A stretch of 64,000 nt of DNA. Origin: an uncultured Acetatifactor sp. GTDB lineage: Bacteria; Bacillota; Clostridia; Lachnospirales; Lachnospiraceae. Numbering within the stretch: position 1 is the stretch's first letter; each line of letters starts with the position of its first letter. A program made the translations under genes and the position numbers. Positions 25,439-34,717 of this stretch are shown piece after piece. Below the pieces are notes generated by a model. The model saw nothing but the letters and a program-made list of their open reading frames with translations. It did not search any database and was not told where the DNA came from. The stretch covers positions 1,782 to 65,781 of the forward strand of contig CAJUGT010000003.1 in the NCBI GenBank assembly GCA_910586435.1. Reading direction: 5' to 3'.

Positions 25439-27304
25439 TTATGAAAAATAAAACACCTCGCCCCTGGGCCGAAAGGGAAGTCTCTTCCCTTTTGGTATTA
25501 AAAACGCATGTTTTCTTCTTATTTTCATTTGATCTTCTATTTCCCCGTCTGTAATGATTAAAATGGGACCATCCTTGGGAAAATCCGCCGCATCCTCCAA
25601 TAAGTCAACCCCGGGCTGTAATATGGTTCCCCCCAATCCCTTCACCTGAACCCTTCCCGCAATGTCTTCCGGCGCCATATAACCGGCGTCATATGCGCAG
25701 GCATCACAAAACACCACTCTCACATAAGGAACTTCTTTTGCTGCCGCATAACTTGCAATGGCCCCCAAGGCATATCCTATTAATTTTGTCCCCATAGAAC
25801 CGGAGGTATCCACCACCACTCCAAAAGTTCTGCTGTGTTCCGGAATCTCCCCCTGTACATAACTGGGCCTGGGAATATGGGGAGTACTCCCCTGACGGCG
25901 GCTGGGTCTGGCATAAGACCGCTTTTTTTCCAATGGGGCAAAATGGCGGTCAAACCATCTGGCCAGCTCCACATCCCAGGGAATGGGCGGAACTGCCAGA
26001 GCACGTATCTCCTGTATCAGACCTGCCGGAATATATCCCCGCCCTGTCTGATTGTGGTATTCCAATCCATTTTGCAAAGCGCTCTTGTAGAAATCGTCCA
26101 GGGAAGTGGCGCCGGAATTACGGAACCCGGAAGATCCTTTGGATCCGCCTATAATATCCCCCCTTCCGTAACCACGCAATGTCTCAAGCCTGGAATATTT
26201 CTTCAAGTCTCTCACCATCTGATCATAAAGAGTTTCCGCGGAAATATTCTTCAGATTCTCGTCATAGAGAAGTCCACGTTCCGGCATTTCCCCAATTCCC
26301 ATATCATGCAGCCAACCATTGATGACATAATCGCAGGCAATATTCCACAACTCATGATTTCTCCCCTGACAGCGTTCATGATGCTGCAATCCCGCATGAA
26401 GAAACTCGTGTGCCAATACAAATTTTAACTCTTCCATGCGCAATCCTGCTGCCGGATTTACATAAATCTCTGCGCAAGTCACATCCACGGCCGCAATGGA
26501 TATTTCATTTTCCACACATAACTTATAATCCTCAATAATTTTAAACCCGGAAGCCAACCCTCCAAGCAAGGGATAATGATTTATAAACCACATGGCAGCC
26601 TTCTGGGAAGAAGTATAATTTTTCCCCGTTCCAGAGTCATGTCCGCCCGCATTGCTTACCACCTTGGAGACAGAATAGGCCAACGCATAGGCAAAAGCTA
26701 TGACATATTTGTTCTTCTGATTCCTGGACTCATCATAAAAAAGAGGCTTGTCAAGCCCCCACATATCCTGAACTCCCTGAGACGCAGTGCCAAACTCCTG
26801 ATATTGTGCCGCACATCCATGTTCCGTCAAATACTCATATATTTTTCGTTCTTCTCCCACAGGACCCGGAAAGGCCATCACGGATGCGGCGCTTAAAGGC
26901 GCGCCAAACTTAATGTCATACAGAAATCTGGCAATATAAATATCGCAGGCCACATTCCATATATATGGATTACAGGAGACTTTCCATTTCTCCTCTCCTT
27001 TTCCAAAGAGATCTTTTATCCAATCACCGGGCATTTTTTCTCCGTCAAAATGCCCAAACGCAAGATGAAGCTCACAATGAGCAATGGCATAAGCCCATTG
27101 GGCAGGAGAAAGCAGCATATCCTGGTTCAAACAGATACAGCCGTCGCTGTCAACATATGCGGCTGACCTTTTATCCATGGTATGCTTGTCATTGATATAG
27201 ATATAACCTTCTAATTTGGCGAAAAGGGGGTTGGAATTCCTTATGGCAATTCCCATTTCAATATTCTGTCTGTTCTTATTAATTTTATTTTTATTACCTG
27301 GCAT
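25439..27304 (-). CDS. VWA-domain protein with two tandem DUF2201-type putative metallopeptidase modules
   Basis: HExxH in LAHEFLHAGLQHH. An earlier degenerate copy is AIAHCELHLAFGH. C-terminal MIDAS motif VVVDTSGSM. Confidence 0.75.
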   Translation of the reverse strand: MPGNKNKINKNRQNIEMGIAIRNSNPLFAKLEGYIYINDKHTMDKRSAAYVDSDGCICLNQDMLLSPAQWAYAIAHCELHLAFGHFDGEKMPGDWIKDLFGKGEEKWKVSCNPYIWNVACDIYIARFLYDIKFGAPLSAASVMAFPGPVGEERKIYEYLTEHGCAAQYQEFGTASQGVQDMWGLDKPLFYDESRNQKNKYVIAFAYALAYSVSKVVSNAGGHDSGTGKNYTSSQKAAMWFINHYPLLGGLASGFKIIEDYKLCVENEISIAAVDVTCAEIYVNPAAGLRMEELKFVLAHEFLHAGLQHHERCQGRNHELWNIACDYVINGWLHDMGIGEMPERGLLYDENLKNISAETLYDQMVRDLKKYSRLETLRGYGRGDIIGGSKGSSGFRNSGATSLDDFYKSALQNGLEYHNQTGRGYIPAGLIQEIRALAVPPIPWDVELARWFDRHFAPLEKKRSYARPSRRQGSTPHIPRPSYVQGEIPEHSRTFGVVVDTSGSMGTKLIGYALGAIASYAAAKEVPYVRVVFCDACAYDAGYMAPEDIAGRVQVKGLGGTILQPGVDLLEDAADFPKDGPILIITDGEIEDQMKIRRKHAFLIPKGKRLPFRPRGEVFYFS

Positions 27305-27307
27305 TTA

Positions 27308-28384
27308 TCAGACTCTCCCACCGGACGCAGTACTTGCCAGTCTCGGCAGATCCCTGACGATTTCCACCATAAACCATTCCGGCAAAATTTCCCCTTCCTC
27401 AGCGGATACTACCATCTGGGCAATTTCATAGTTTATCATAGATAATTCTTTGATTAATGCCTTTGCTCTGTGTGTCAGATTTTGTGTGTCCTTACTCATC
27501 TTCTGCCTGCTCTTGGGCAAATCATGAAGGAGCCTGGCCCGGAAGGATTGTGCCACAAAATATAAAACATCACGTTCCTCTGGCTTGGAAGGCCATTTTG
27601 CCCTGCCTGCCAAAATATCCGAGAGCAAATGGGTATTTCCCAATTGTTTGGTATACGCAAGAAACATTCCCGCATGATTGGCGGAAATGGAACCATAAGT
27701 CAATATCCTCAAAATATCCTCGGAAACTTCCTGCTCCCCTGCTCCATATTCTTTCAGGGCATCACTCAGCATATGCCAGGAACGGGGTGTGGAATAAGGT
27801 TCCTCTGTCTTGGGCGGCTCTGAAAAAAGATGATCCGGTCTCTGTCCAATATAATCTGTCACCCAGGGATGAAGTTTGTTCTCATATGCCCATTCCAACC
27901 ATTGATTTGGGTCTGCTTTTAACTGTACATGAAACATACGGTTAATCAAAGCGGATGACATGGTTTTCACAATTGCGCCGTCATTAGAACGATTTCCGGC
28001 GCCAATTACCACACTGCCCTTGGGCAGATGATACTCTCCAATTCTCCTCTCATGAATTAAACTGTAAAACGCCTTCTGCACCTCCTGAGAACAGGCATTT
28101 AGCTCATCCAGAAATAGAACATAGGGTTCTTTCCGGGCAATCATTTTAGGAGGAAGGAATTCTGATGTTTCCCCTTTAATCTGTGGAATACCGATAATAT
28201 CCTCCGGCGCCAGCTGGCTGCCCAGCAAAGACACGCAGGGCAACCCCACCATTTCCCCAAACCGTTCAACCAACGCAGACTTGCCGATGCCCGGCGCCCC
28301 CCAGATAAATACGGGCCGAATGGGCGCTATATTCAACAATACATCCAACAATTCATTTTGTGTAACCGAAAATGATAAATTCAT
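27308..28384 (-). CDS. MoxR/AAA_5-type AAA+ ATPase
   Basis: Walker A GAPGIGKS, Walker B VLFLDELN, sensor region VIGAGNRSND...ALINRM. Its stop lies 4 nt before the VWA gene start. Confidence 0.8.
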   Translation of the reverse strand: MNLSFSVTQNELLDVLLNIAPIRPVFIWGAPGIGKSALVERFGEMVGLPCVSLLGSQLAPEDIIGIPQIKGETSEFLPPKMIARKEPYVLFLDELNACSQEVQKAFYSLIHERRIGEYHLPKGSVVIGAGNRSNDGAIVKTMSSALINRMFHVQLKADPNQWLEWAYENKLHPWVTDYIGQRPDHLFSEPPKTEEPYSTPRSWHMLSDALKEYGAGEQEVSEDILRILTYGSISANHAGMFLAYTKQLGNTHLLSDILAGRAKWPSKPEERDVLYFVAQSFRARLLHDLPKSRQKMSKDTQNLTHRAKALIKELSMINYEIAQMVVSAEEGEILPEWFMVEIVRDLPRLASTASGGRV

Positions 28385-28512
28385 GTAAATTCTTCTTTCT
28401 GTTTTTACACTATTGATACTGAGATTTCAGGTATTCAAGCCCAAGTCCCCCGCCGCAGGCATGGCTTTTACATATTCCATCAAATCTTTTTTATCATATT
28501 TTTCATCCCTTT

Positions 28513-29262
28513 TCAATGTCTCATTTTACTCACCGCTATACTGGCTACAGCGTATGCTTCATAGGCGGCATATGCCTGGGATAATTCAGTTCTGACAAAT
28601 CCTGTCTGCTGCCCGCTTCCGTTCTCGCTTTCTTTTCTTGCAATCATTCTGTTCTCGTGGATGGCCTGGGCCTTTTCACTTTCCAGCACCCTTTTCCACA
28701 TAGCTCTTTTTGCCTGAACTTCCGCATATTGCCTCTGGAGCTTTTTCCTTCGCTCTTCTCGTTTCTTCCAAAAGCTTCTCTGGGCCTTGCGGCTGTCCAC
28801 ATAGCTTCCCTTACTCCAACTCCGTGCGATATATTCTTCTTTGGCAGCTCCGAAACTGTGATCCACATACCTTCCTTTGGAAAGACTCCCCCAGGGATCA
28901 TGATAATTAAAATCTCGCTCCAAAGTATCCAGTACCCATCTTTCATACTCAGGATCATTTTTCATTGCCTCAAATCCCTCATCCGTTATATTTACGGAAA
29001 AAGAACTGTTTATCTCCGTATTTCCAAAGGAGAGTTTTGTTATTTCATCATAAATATATTGCTTATATTCCTCCAATGTCATGTCTTTTACGAAAGCGCT
29101 TTTTACGTTTCCCGCCTCCGCAATATCCACACCCTGGGCAATTTTCTCCGCCACAAAATCCATAAAGTTTTTCCCAGACTGAGAATTGCTCTTCGCCACC
29201 CCGCCCTTTGCTGTATTTTGACAGGATTTTATCATGTAATCCACATACATTGTATGATTCAT
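28513..29262 (-). CDS. hypothetical protein (249 aa) with a basic coiled-coil C-terminal half
   Basis: Start set at MNHTMYV, preceded by GGGGGCAAAGGAAATG. No recognisable motif. Confidence 0.5.
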   Translation of the reverse strand: MNHTMYVDYMIKSCQNTAKGGVAKSNSQSGKNFMDFVAEKIAQGVDIAEAGNVKSAFVKDMTLEEYKQYIYDEITKLSFGNTEINSSFSVNITDEGFEAMKNDPEYERWVLDTLERDFNYHDPWGSLSKGRYVDHSFGAAKEEYIARSWSKGSYVDSRKAQRSFWKKREERRKKLQRQYAEVQAKRAMWKRVLESEKAQAIHENRMIARKESENGSGQQTGFVRTELSQAYAAYEAYAVASIAVSKMRH

Positions 29263-29401
29263 TTCCTTTGCCCCCTCTCCCATGGATATAACACAAATGA
29301 TCCGACAATTTCCTTTTGTCTCATATATCGTATTTTCAGGCAGTATGCTTAAGGCAAATGTAACCAATTGTATAAAATTAGAACATTACATTTTTTGTAT
29401 G

Positions 29402-30937
29402 TCAATTACGGTATTGCTCTGCATAATAACCACTCAGAGGAAAGGAATGGTTCATGGGGCCGGAACCCTTTCCAAGGTCAAGCTGCGCGGCCAGGGCTTC
29501 CGTGATATATTCCTTTGCTCTTTGTATGGACTCCAAAAGTCCAAATCCCTTTGCCAGATTGGACGCAATAGCGCTGGAAAGTGTACATCCTGTGCCATGG
29601 GTGTTTGGATTGCTTATTTTCTTGCCATGAATCCATTGCAGTTTGCCCTTTTCACAAAGCAGGTCGTCTGCATCGCTGAGAGAATGTCCGCCTTTTAAAA
29701 GAACCACACAGGAAAACTCTCTGCTGATTTTTTCCGCTGCGGCTTCCATATCTTCCTTGTACCGTATCGTCATGCCCGAAAGCACTTCCGCTTCCGGAAT
29801 ATTTGGTGTGACCACCGACGCTATGGGAAATAATTCCTGAATCAATGTGGACAGCGCTTCCGTCCGCATAAGAGAGGAACCGCTGGTGGCAACCATCACA
29901 GGGTCCACCACTATATTTTTTGCTTTATAATACTTAAGCCTTTCTCCTATTACTTTTATCAACTGAGCCGAGGATACCATTCCTATCTTAATGGCATCGG
30001 GATATATGTCCTCAAAAATGGCATCCAGCTCATTCTTCAGAAATTCTGGACTTACTTCCAAAATATCTCTCACTCCGGTGGTGTTCTGCGCCGTCAATGC
30101 TGTCACTGCGCTCATACCGTAGACCCCATTCATTGCCATTGTCTTCAAATCCGCTTGAATTCCGGCCCCTCCGCTGCAATCACTGCCGGCTATGGACAAT
30201 ACTGTATTCATAGTTGTCTTTCCAAAGGCAATCATCTTTTGAGACAGTTTTTTCAGTTCCCCGCATTCCTGTTCGATATTGTTGGAGGCAAAAACAGCAG
30301 ATACCAGCGCCACACCGTCAATGCCGGTTCCAGCCAGGTCCATCATATTGGCTTTATTGATTCCCCCAATTGCCACAACAGGAATGTCTGTTCTGTTACA
30401 GATTTCTTTCAATACATCATAGGAGACTTCATCGGCGTCCTCTTTTGTGGAAGTGGAGAATACGGCTCCCACACCAAGGTAATCCGCTCCTGCTTCCTGG
30501 GCGGCAAGGGCCTGTTCCACTGTCTGAACGGAAACGCCCACTATCATTTTATCCCCGGCCAAAAGCCTTACATTACCGGCTTCCATGTCACTCTGCCCCA
30601 CATGAATACCGTCGGCTCCGCATTCCAGCGCAATTTTTACATTGTCATTTATAATAAAGGGAATCCCATAAGAACGACATAAGCTTTTGATTTCCTTTGC
30701 CTCTTTTAGAAATTCTTCTTCCGACAGGTCTTTTTCCCTCAGCTGAATACAGGTTGCGCCTCCTTTTATGGCGGCCGTAACCTGCTCATGAAAGGATTGC
30801 CTTCCAACCCATGCCCTGTCAGTTACAGCGTAGAGCAGAAGCATCTCTTTTACTTTTTCTTTGATATTTCCTTTGATATTTTCTTTGATTTCTTCCATAT
30901 TTTCTATCTGCTTTCCTCTTTTAATTGATGTATCCAT
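29402..30937 (-). CDS. thiED: bifunctional thiamine-phosphate synthase / hydroxymethylpyrimidine (phosphate) kinase (ThiE-ThiD fusion)
   Basis: N-terminal half LYAVTDR...IQLREKD...GADGIHVGQSD (ThiE). C-terminal half VLSIAGSDCSGGAGIQADLKT...HGTGCTLSSAIA (ThiD). An alternative start is at 30898. Confidence 0.85.
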   Translation of the reverse strand: MDTSIKRGKQIENMEEIKENIKGNIKEKVKEMLLLYAVTDRAWVGRQSFHEQVTAAIKGGATCIQLREKDLSEEEFLKEAKEIKSLCRSYGIPFIINDNVKIALECGADGIHVGQSDMEAGNVRLLAGDKMIVGVSVQTVEQALAAQEAGADYLGVGAVFSTSTKEDADEVSYDVLKEICNRTDIPVVAIGGINKANMMDLAGTGIDGVALVSAVFASNNIEQECGELKKLSQKMIAFGKTTMNTVLSIAGSDCSGGAGIQADLKTMAMNGVYGMSAVTALTAQNTTGVRDILEVSPEFLKNELDAIFEDIYPDAIKIGMVSSAQLIKVIGERLKYYKAKNIVVDPVMVATSGSSLMRTEALSTLIQELFPIASVVTPNIPEAEVLSGMTIRYKEDMEAAAEKISREFSCVVLLKGGHSLSDADDLLCEKGKLQWIHGKKISNPNTHGTGCTLSSAIASNLAKGFGLLESIQRAKEYITEALAAQLDLGKGSGPMNHSFPLSGYYAEQYRN

Positions 30938-31395
30938 AGGTCCTTATAAACATGATATACTTGTTCAACCGCCCAGATTTGATGAGGCAGAAATAACTTT
31001 TCCCTGATTTGCTCAAGAGTCAACCATACCAGATAGTGGTCAGGTTCCGTTGGTTCTGATACAATATCTCCGATTTCCATGTAATAAAAATAACCGATAC
31101 CATGAAAATCTGTTTTTGTTTGTTCTATAAAATGAAAATAATCACCTTTGCATATAAGTTCTTTTGGAATTACAGAGAGGCCGGCCTCCTCCAGTGTTTC
31201 TCTAATAATGCAGTCAATATGACTTTCATTATTTTCAATACCGCCGCCAAGCAAAAAATAACCTTTTTCTCCATGATACAAATGAGTCATTACGACAGGT
31301 ATTTTTCCATCAGCCGAAAAACCTATACCATATTCGCCGGTTCGTTCTTTGTATATTGTATCAGACTTTTTTATGCCAAATGTTTTTTCTAACAA
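30904..31395 (-). CDS. NUDIX hydrolase
   Basis: Nudix box GGGIENNESHIDCIIRETLEEAGL. Probable TTG start after AGGGAGGG. Confidence 0.8.
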   Translation of the reverse strand: MLEKTFGIKKSDTIYKERTGEYGIGFSADGKIPVVMTHLYHGEKGYFLLGGGIENNESHIDCIIRETLEEAGLSVIPKELICKGDYFHFIEQTKTDFHGIGYFYYMEIGDIVSEPTEPDHYLVWLTLEQIREKLFLPHQIWAVEQVYHVYKDLWIHQLKEESR

Positions 31396-31518
31396 AACAG
31401 TACCCTCCCTATTTCGGAAAATTGTTCCTGCTGCGCAAACTTGATGTACAATGCATATTCCTGCAAATCATGACTCACCTGGCAACTTTGCAAAATAGAA
31501 TTTAGACTCACACTTTTT

Positions 31519-32367
31519 TCATTTGATTTTAAATCTTGCCATTTTTTCTAATGTATTGCTGTCAATGTTGCAGACAGCATCTATGATATAATTTCGATAC
31601 GTGGCATTTCCATCCACTTTCCCCATTCTCTTGTATGCCATTTCTCCACATACTCCCATGGTACATACGGCCGCTGCCGCCGCTTCCAGAATGTTTTCAG
31701 GGCAGGCGGTAATGAAAGCCGCTGTCAGAGCCGAAAGCTGGCATCCTGTTCCTGTTATCCTGCTCATCATAGGATGCCCATTATAAATGCAGTAGGCTTT
31801 TTCTGCGTCGGCAACAATGTCTATGACGCCTGTAATTGCAATTATGGCATGGCTTTTCTCCGCAAAGGCTTTTGCAAAGCCTATGGCTTTCTCCAGATTG
31901 TCTTCTGTAATTACATCATTTACATTGGCGTCCACTCCCTTTGTAGAACCGCTTCCCATAGCAAGTGTTTTTATTTCAGAACTGTTTCCCCGTATGACAC
32001 TGAATTTCACTTGCTGCATCAATTGAACTGCCGTATCCGTCCTTAACGCCGAAGCACCCGCGCCCACAGGATCAAGTACCACAGGATGTCCCAATTCATT
32101 GGCTTTTTTTCCGGAAGCGAACATGGCAGGTATTGTCCTTTGATTTAAAGTTCCTATATTGATATTCAATCCTCCGCATATGGATGTAATTTCCTCCACT
32201 TCGTCAATATCATCGGACATTATGGGCGACCCGCCACAGGCCAACAATATATTGGCGCAATCATTTACAGTCACATAATTTGTAATATTGTGAATCAATG
32301 GATGATACTTTCTCACATCATCCAAAATTTCTCCAAACATCATTTTTGCTCTTTCTTCCAATTTCAT
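31519..32367 (-). CDS. thiM: hydroxyethylthiazole kinase
   Basis: HNITNYVTVNDCANILLACGGSPIM and ITGTGCQLSAL motifs. Start at MKLEE, with a GGAAGGAG RBS. Confidence 0.85.
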   Translation of the reverse strand: MKLEERAKMMFGEILDDVRKYHPLIHNITNYVTVNDCANILLACGGSPIMSDDIDEVEEITSICGGLNINIGTLNQRTIPAMFASGKKANELGHPVVLDPVGAGASALRTDTAVQLMQQVKFSVIRGNSSEIKTLAMGSGSTKGVDANVNDVITEDNLEKAIGFAKAFAEKSHAIIAITGVIDIVADAEKAYCIYNGHPMMSRITGTGCQLSALTAAFITACPENILEAAAAAVCTMGVCGEMAYKRMGKVDGNATYRNYIIDAVCNIDSNTLEKMARFKIK

Positions 32368-32486
32368 TTCTCCTTCCCATTGATAAGATAATAAGTTATG
32401 AGCCCTCGTGTGCATAAAAAAAGAAGTCAGCCAGCCTGGTAACTTCCGTAGAAAATACATTGCTACACCACAGTAAATGTATGTGT

Positions 32487-32585
32487 CTCAAATCCTATGA
32501 TCCCTACGTTGGCATTACCCAAATCAGGTTATCGGTCGAAGGTCATACCTTCCTCTCAGCCTGTCATACAAGCTCCCGTTTCTTC
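32487..32585 (-). promoter_or_regulatory. TPP (THI-box) riboswitch
   Basis: The minus strand reads GGGAGC..GCUGAGAGG..ACCUUCGACCGAUAACCUGAUUUGGGUAAUGCCAACGUAGGGA, matching the conserved THI-box core. It lies ~120 nt upstream of thiM. Confidence 0.85.
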
Positions 32586-32856
32586 AATTTTGTTTATTAT
32601 ACACCTTTTCCAGAGGCTTAGCAAGTTATGACGCTACCTATTTTTTTTTCAGCTGCCTCCTGCTTCTCACGCAGCCTTGACGAGTATTGTCCATGCCTGA
32701 CAATTATGGCTGAACTGGTGTTCCAGGTTGTAGCCATAGTTTTATATTAATCTGCTGCGAATTAAGTTTAAGTCAGAATATGTTGATTGTATATTAGAAG
32801 GGAAAATGTTATACTCATATATGAAATCTTTCTATTCTATTGGAAAGTGAGGGAAA

Positions 32857-34341
32857 ATGATGTATATTTCATTGAAACAGCTTATAAAAAATATAACTTT
32901 ATTTCTGGCTCTTTTCTTCCTCTTTGGAGGATTTTCTTCTCATGCAGAGGAACTGACCCCTGTTTTCACTTTATCCACAGGCGGCGACGGAACCTATATG
33001 AAAGACGGCGACTACAATACATCCTATACCTTTCAAGCAGGCGACACAATCTCCGTAACATCAAAAGAAAACACTCCCATTTCCGGACTCTATATTATTT
33101 GGGACAGCCTGGTTCCAGAGTGGACCTTACATACGGATGCGGAAGATATTCTCTGCGGCCAGCACGGATTCCTGCATGAATACATTTCTCTTAATTCACC
33201 TGCGGCAGACACAGTTATCAATATTCTTCATGACAATGTTCGCATAAGTGATATTCGCGTTTTTGGTGAAGGCACACTTACGGAGGATGTACAGATATGG
33301 AATCCTCCTTGTGAGAGGGCGGATATTCTCCTTGTGCCGGCCCATGCGGATGATGAAATACTCTTTTTTGGAGGAATTATCCCAACCTATGGCGTAGAAC
33401 AGGAGGCCCAAATTCAGGTTGCCTATATGTCCGAGTTCTGGAGTTCCGCAAAAATTCGCGAACATGAAAAACTGGACGGTTTATGGGAAGCCGGACTGCG
33501 AAACTATCCCGTATGCGGCAATTTTAAAGATGTATATTCCGATACATTGGAGAAAGCTCAGGAACAGTACAATTTCGATGACATGACAGCCTATATCACA
33601 GAACAAATCCGACGCTTTAAGCCCCAGGTCATTGTAACACATGATGAAAAAGGGGAATATGGACATGGTTTCCATATGCTGACATCAAAAGCCGTAACTA
33701 CGGCAGTGGAAGCCGCTTCAAATGAGACTCAGTATACGGACTCCGCTTCCCTGTATGGCATATGGGACACCCCAAAGACATATCTTCATCTATACAAAGA
33801 AAATATGATACGCCTGGACTTAAGGAGTCCCATAGAATCCATGGGCGGCCGTACTGCGCTTGAAATAGCCGCAGATGCCTATAAAAAGCATGTTTCACAG
33901 CAATGGTGCTGGTTCTATGTATCGGATGATTATGAATACAGTTGCGCGGAATTTGGTCTATACCGCACATTGGTTGGCACTGATTCTCTGGGAAATGACC
34001 TTTTGGAGAATTTGAAAACCTATAAAGTTCAGCAACAGGAAGAAGAGCGCCTGGAAGCGGAACAGAGGAAATTAGAAGAGGAACGCCTGGAACGGGAAAG
34101 AAAGGAACAGGAAGAACAGCTGAGACTGGAACAGGAAAAACGGGAACAGGAAGAACAGCTGAGACTGGAACAGGAAAAATTGGAACAAGAGGAACAGCTG
34201 AGACTGGAACAGGAAAAACAGGAGCAGGAAGAACAGCTTTATTCTTTTATTATGATTCTGTTAATTATCATGGGCATATTGCTTACCATACTGATTATTG
34301 CGGGAACAGGTATGATTTTAAAAAGAAAAAACAGAAAATGA
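32857..34341 (+). CDS. PIG-L/LmbE-family deacetylase with signal peptide, C-terminal coiled-coil repeats and a TM anchor
   Basis: LLVPAHADDEILFFGG and THDEKGEYGHGFH motifs. N-terminal signal-like LFLALFFLFGGFSSHA. C-terminal hydrophobic LLIIMGILLTILIIAG. Confidence 0.75.
   Translation: MMYISLKQLIKNITLFLALFFLFGGFSSHAEELTPVFTLSTGGDGTYMKDGDYNTSYTFQAGDTISVTSKENTPISGLYIIWDSLVPEWTLHTDAEDILCGQHGFLHEYISLNSPAADTVINILHDNVRISDIRVFGEGTLTEDVQIWNPPCERADILLVPAHADDEILFFGGIIPTYGVEQEAQIQVAYMSEFWSSAKIREHEKLDGLWEAGLRNYPVCGNFKDVYSDTLEKAQEQYNFDDMTAYITEQIRRFKPQVIVTHDEKGEYGHGFHMLTSKAVTTAVEAASNETQYTDSASLYGIWDTPKTYLHLYKENMIRLDLRSPIESMGGRTALEIAADAYKKHVSQQWCWFYVSDDYEYSCAEFGLYRTLVGTDSLGNDLLENLKTYKVQQQEEERLEAEQRKLEEERLERERKEQEEQLRLEQEKREQEEQLRLEQEKLEQEEQLRLEQEKQEQEEQLYSFIMILLIIMGILLTILIIAGTGMILKRKNRK
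34105..34236 (+). repeat. in-frame 39-bp tandem repeat (about 3.4 copies) encoding (R/Q)EQEEQLRLEQEK
   Basis: GAACAGGAAGAACAGCTGAGACTGGAACAGGAAAAACGG is repeated from 34105. Confidence 0.85.
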
Positions 34342-34342
34342 T

Positions 34343-34699
34343 TTAACTTTTTTCCTGTTTTTTCTTTAATCTTTGCCGCAATGCTTTTATAATGTCCAGT
34401 ATGTAAAGCTGCTCTTCCTTCTCAAGTGTTCCGGCTGCTTCATATAGTTCCACAAGTATTTCATCTTTTTGTAAAGGCGCCTCCTCCTTTTCCATTTTAC
34501 CTGTTCCATAAAGCAGCCAGTTCTTGTTTATTTTCAAAGTATTACAAAGGGCAATCACCACAATATTTTGAGGCATGGTTTTATTTTTTTCAAGATTATA
34601 TATGACGCCCCGGGATACGCCGATTTTTTTAGCAAGAGAATCCTGTGTAAAACCATGCTTTTTACGAATATAAATCAATCGTTCTCCCAGACTGTTCAT
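34343..34699 (-). CDS. XRE-family helix-turn-helix transcriptional regulator
   Basis: HTH_3 pattern FTQDSLAKKIGVSRGVIYNLEKNKTMP. Confidence 0.8.
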   Translation of the reverse strand: MNSLGERLIYIRKKHGFTQDSLAKKIGVSRGVIYNLEKNKTMPQNIVVIALCNTLKINKNWLLYGTGKMEKEEAPLQKDEILVELYEAAGTLEKEEQLYILDIIKALRQRLKKKQEKS

Positions 34700-34717
34700 T
34701 TCGCAACTCCTTTTCTG

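Noticed and set aside
28657-29352. 231-aa plus-strand ORF
   Set aside because: It is antisense to the better-supported 28513..29262 gene. Its F/L/I/C/H-rich composition is typical of the shadow of a K/E-rich gene, and it has no RBS.
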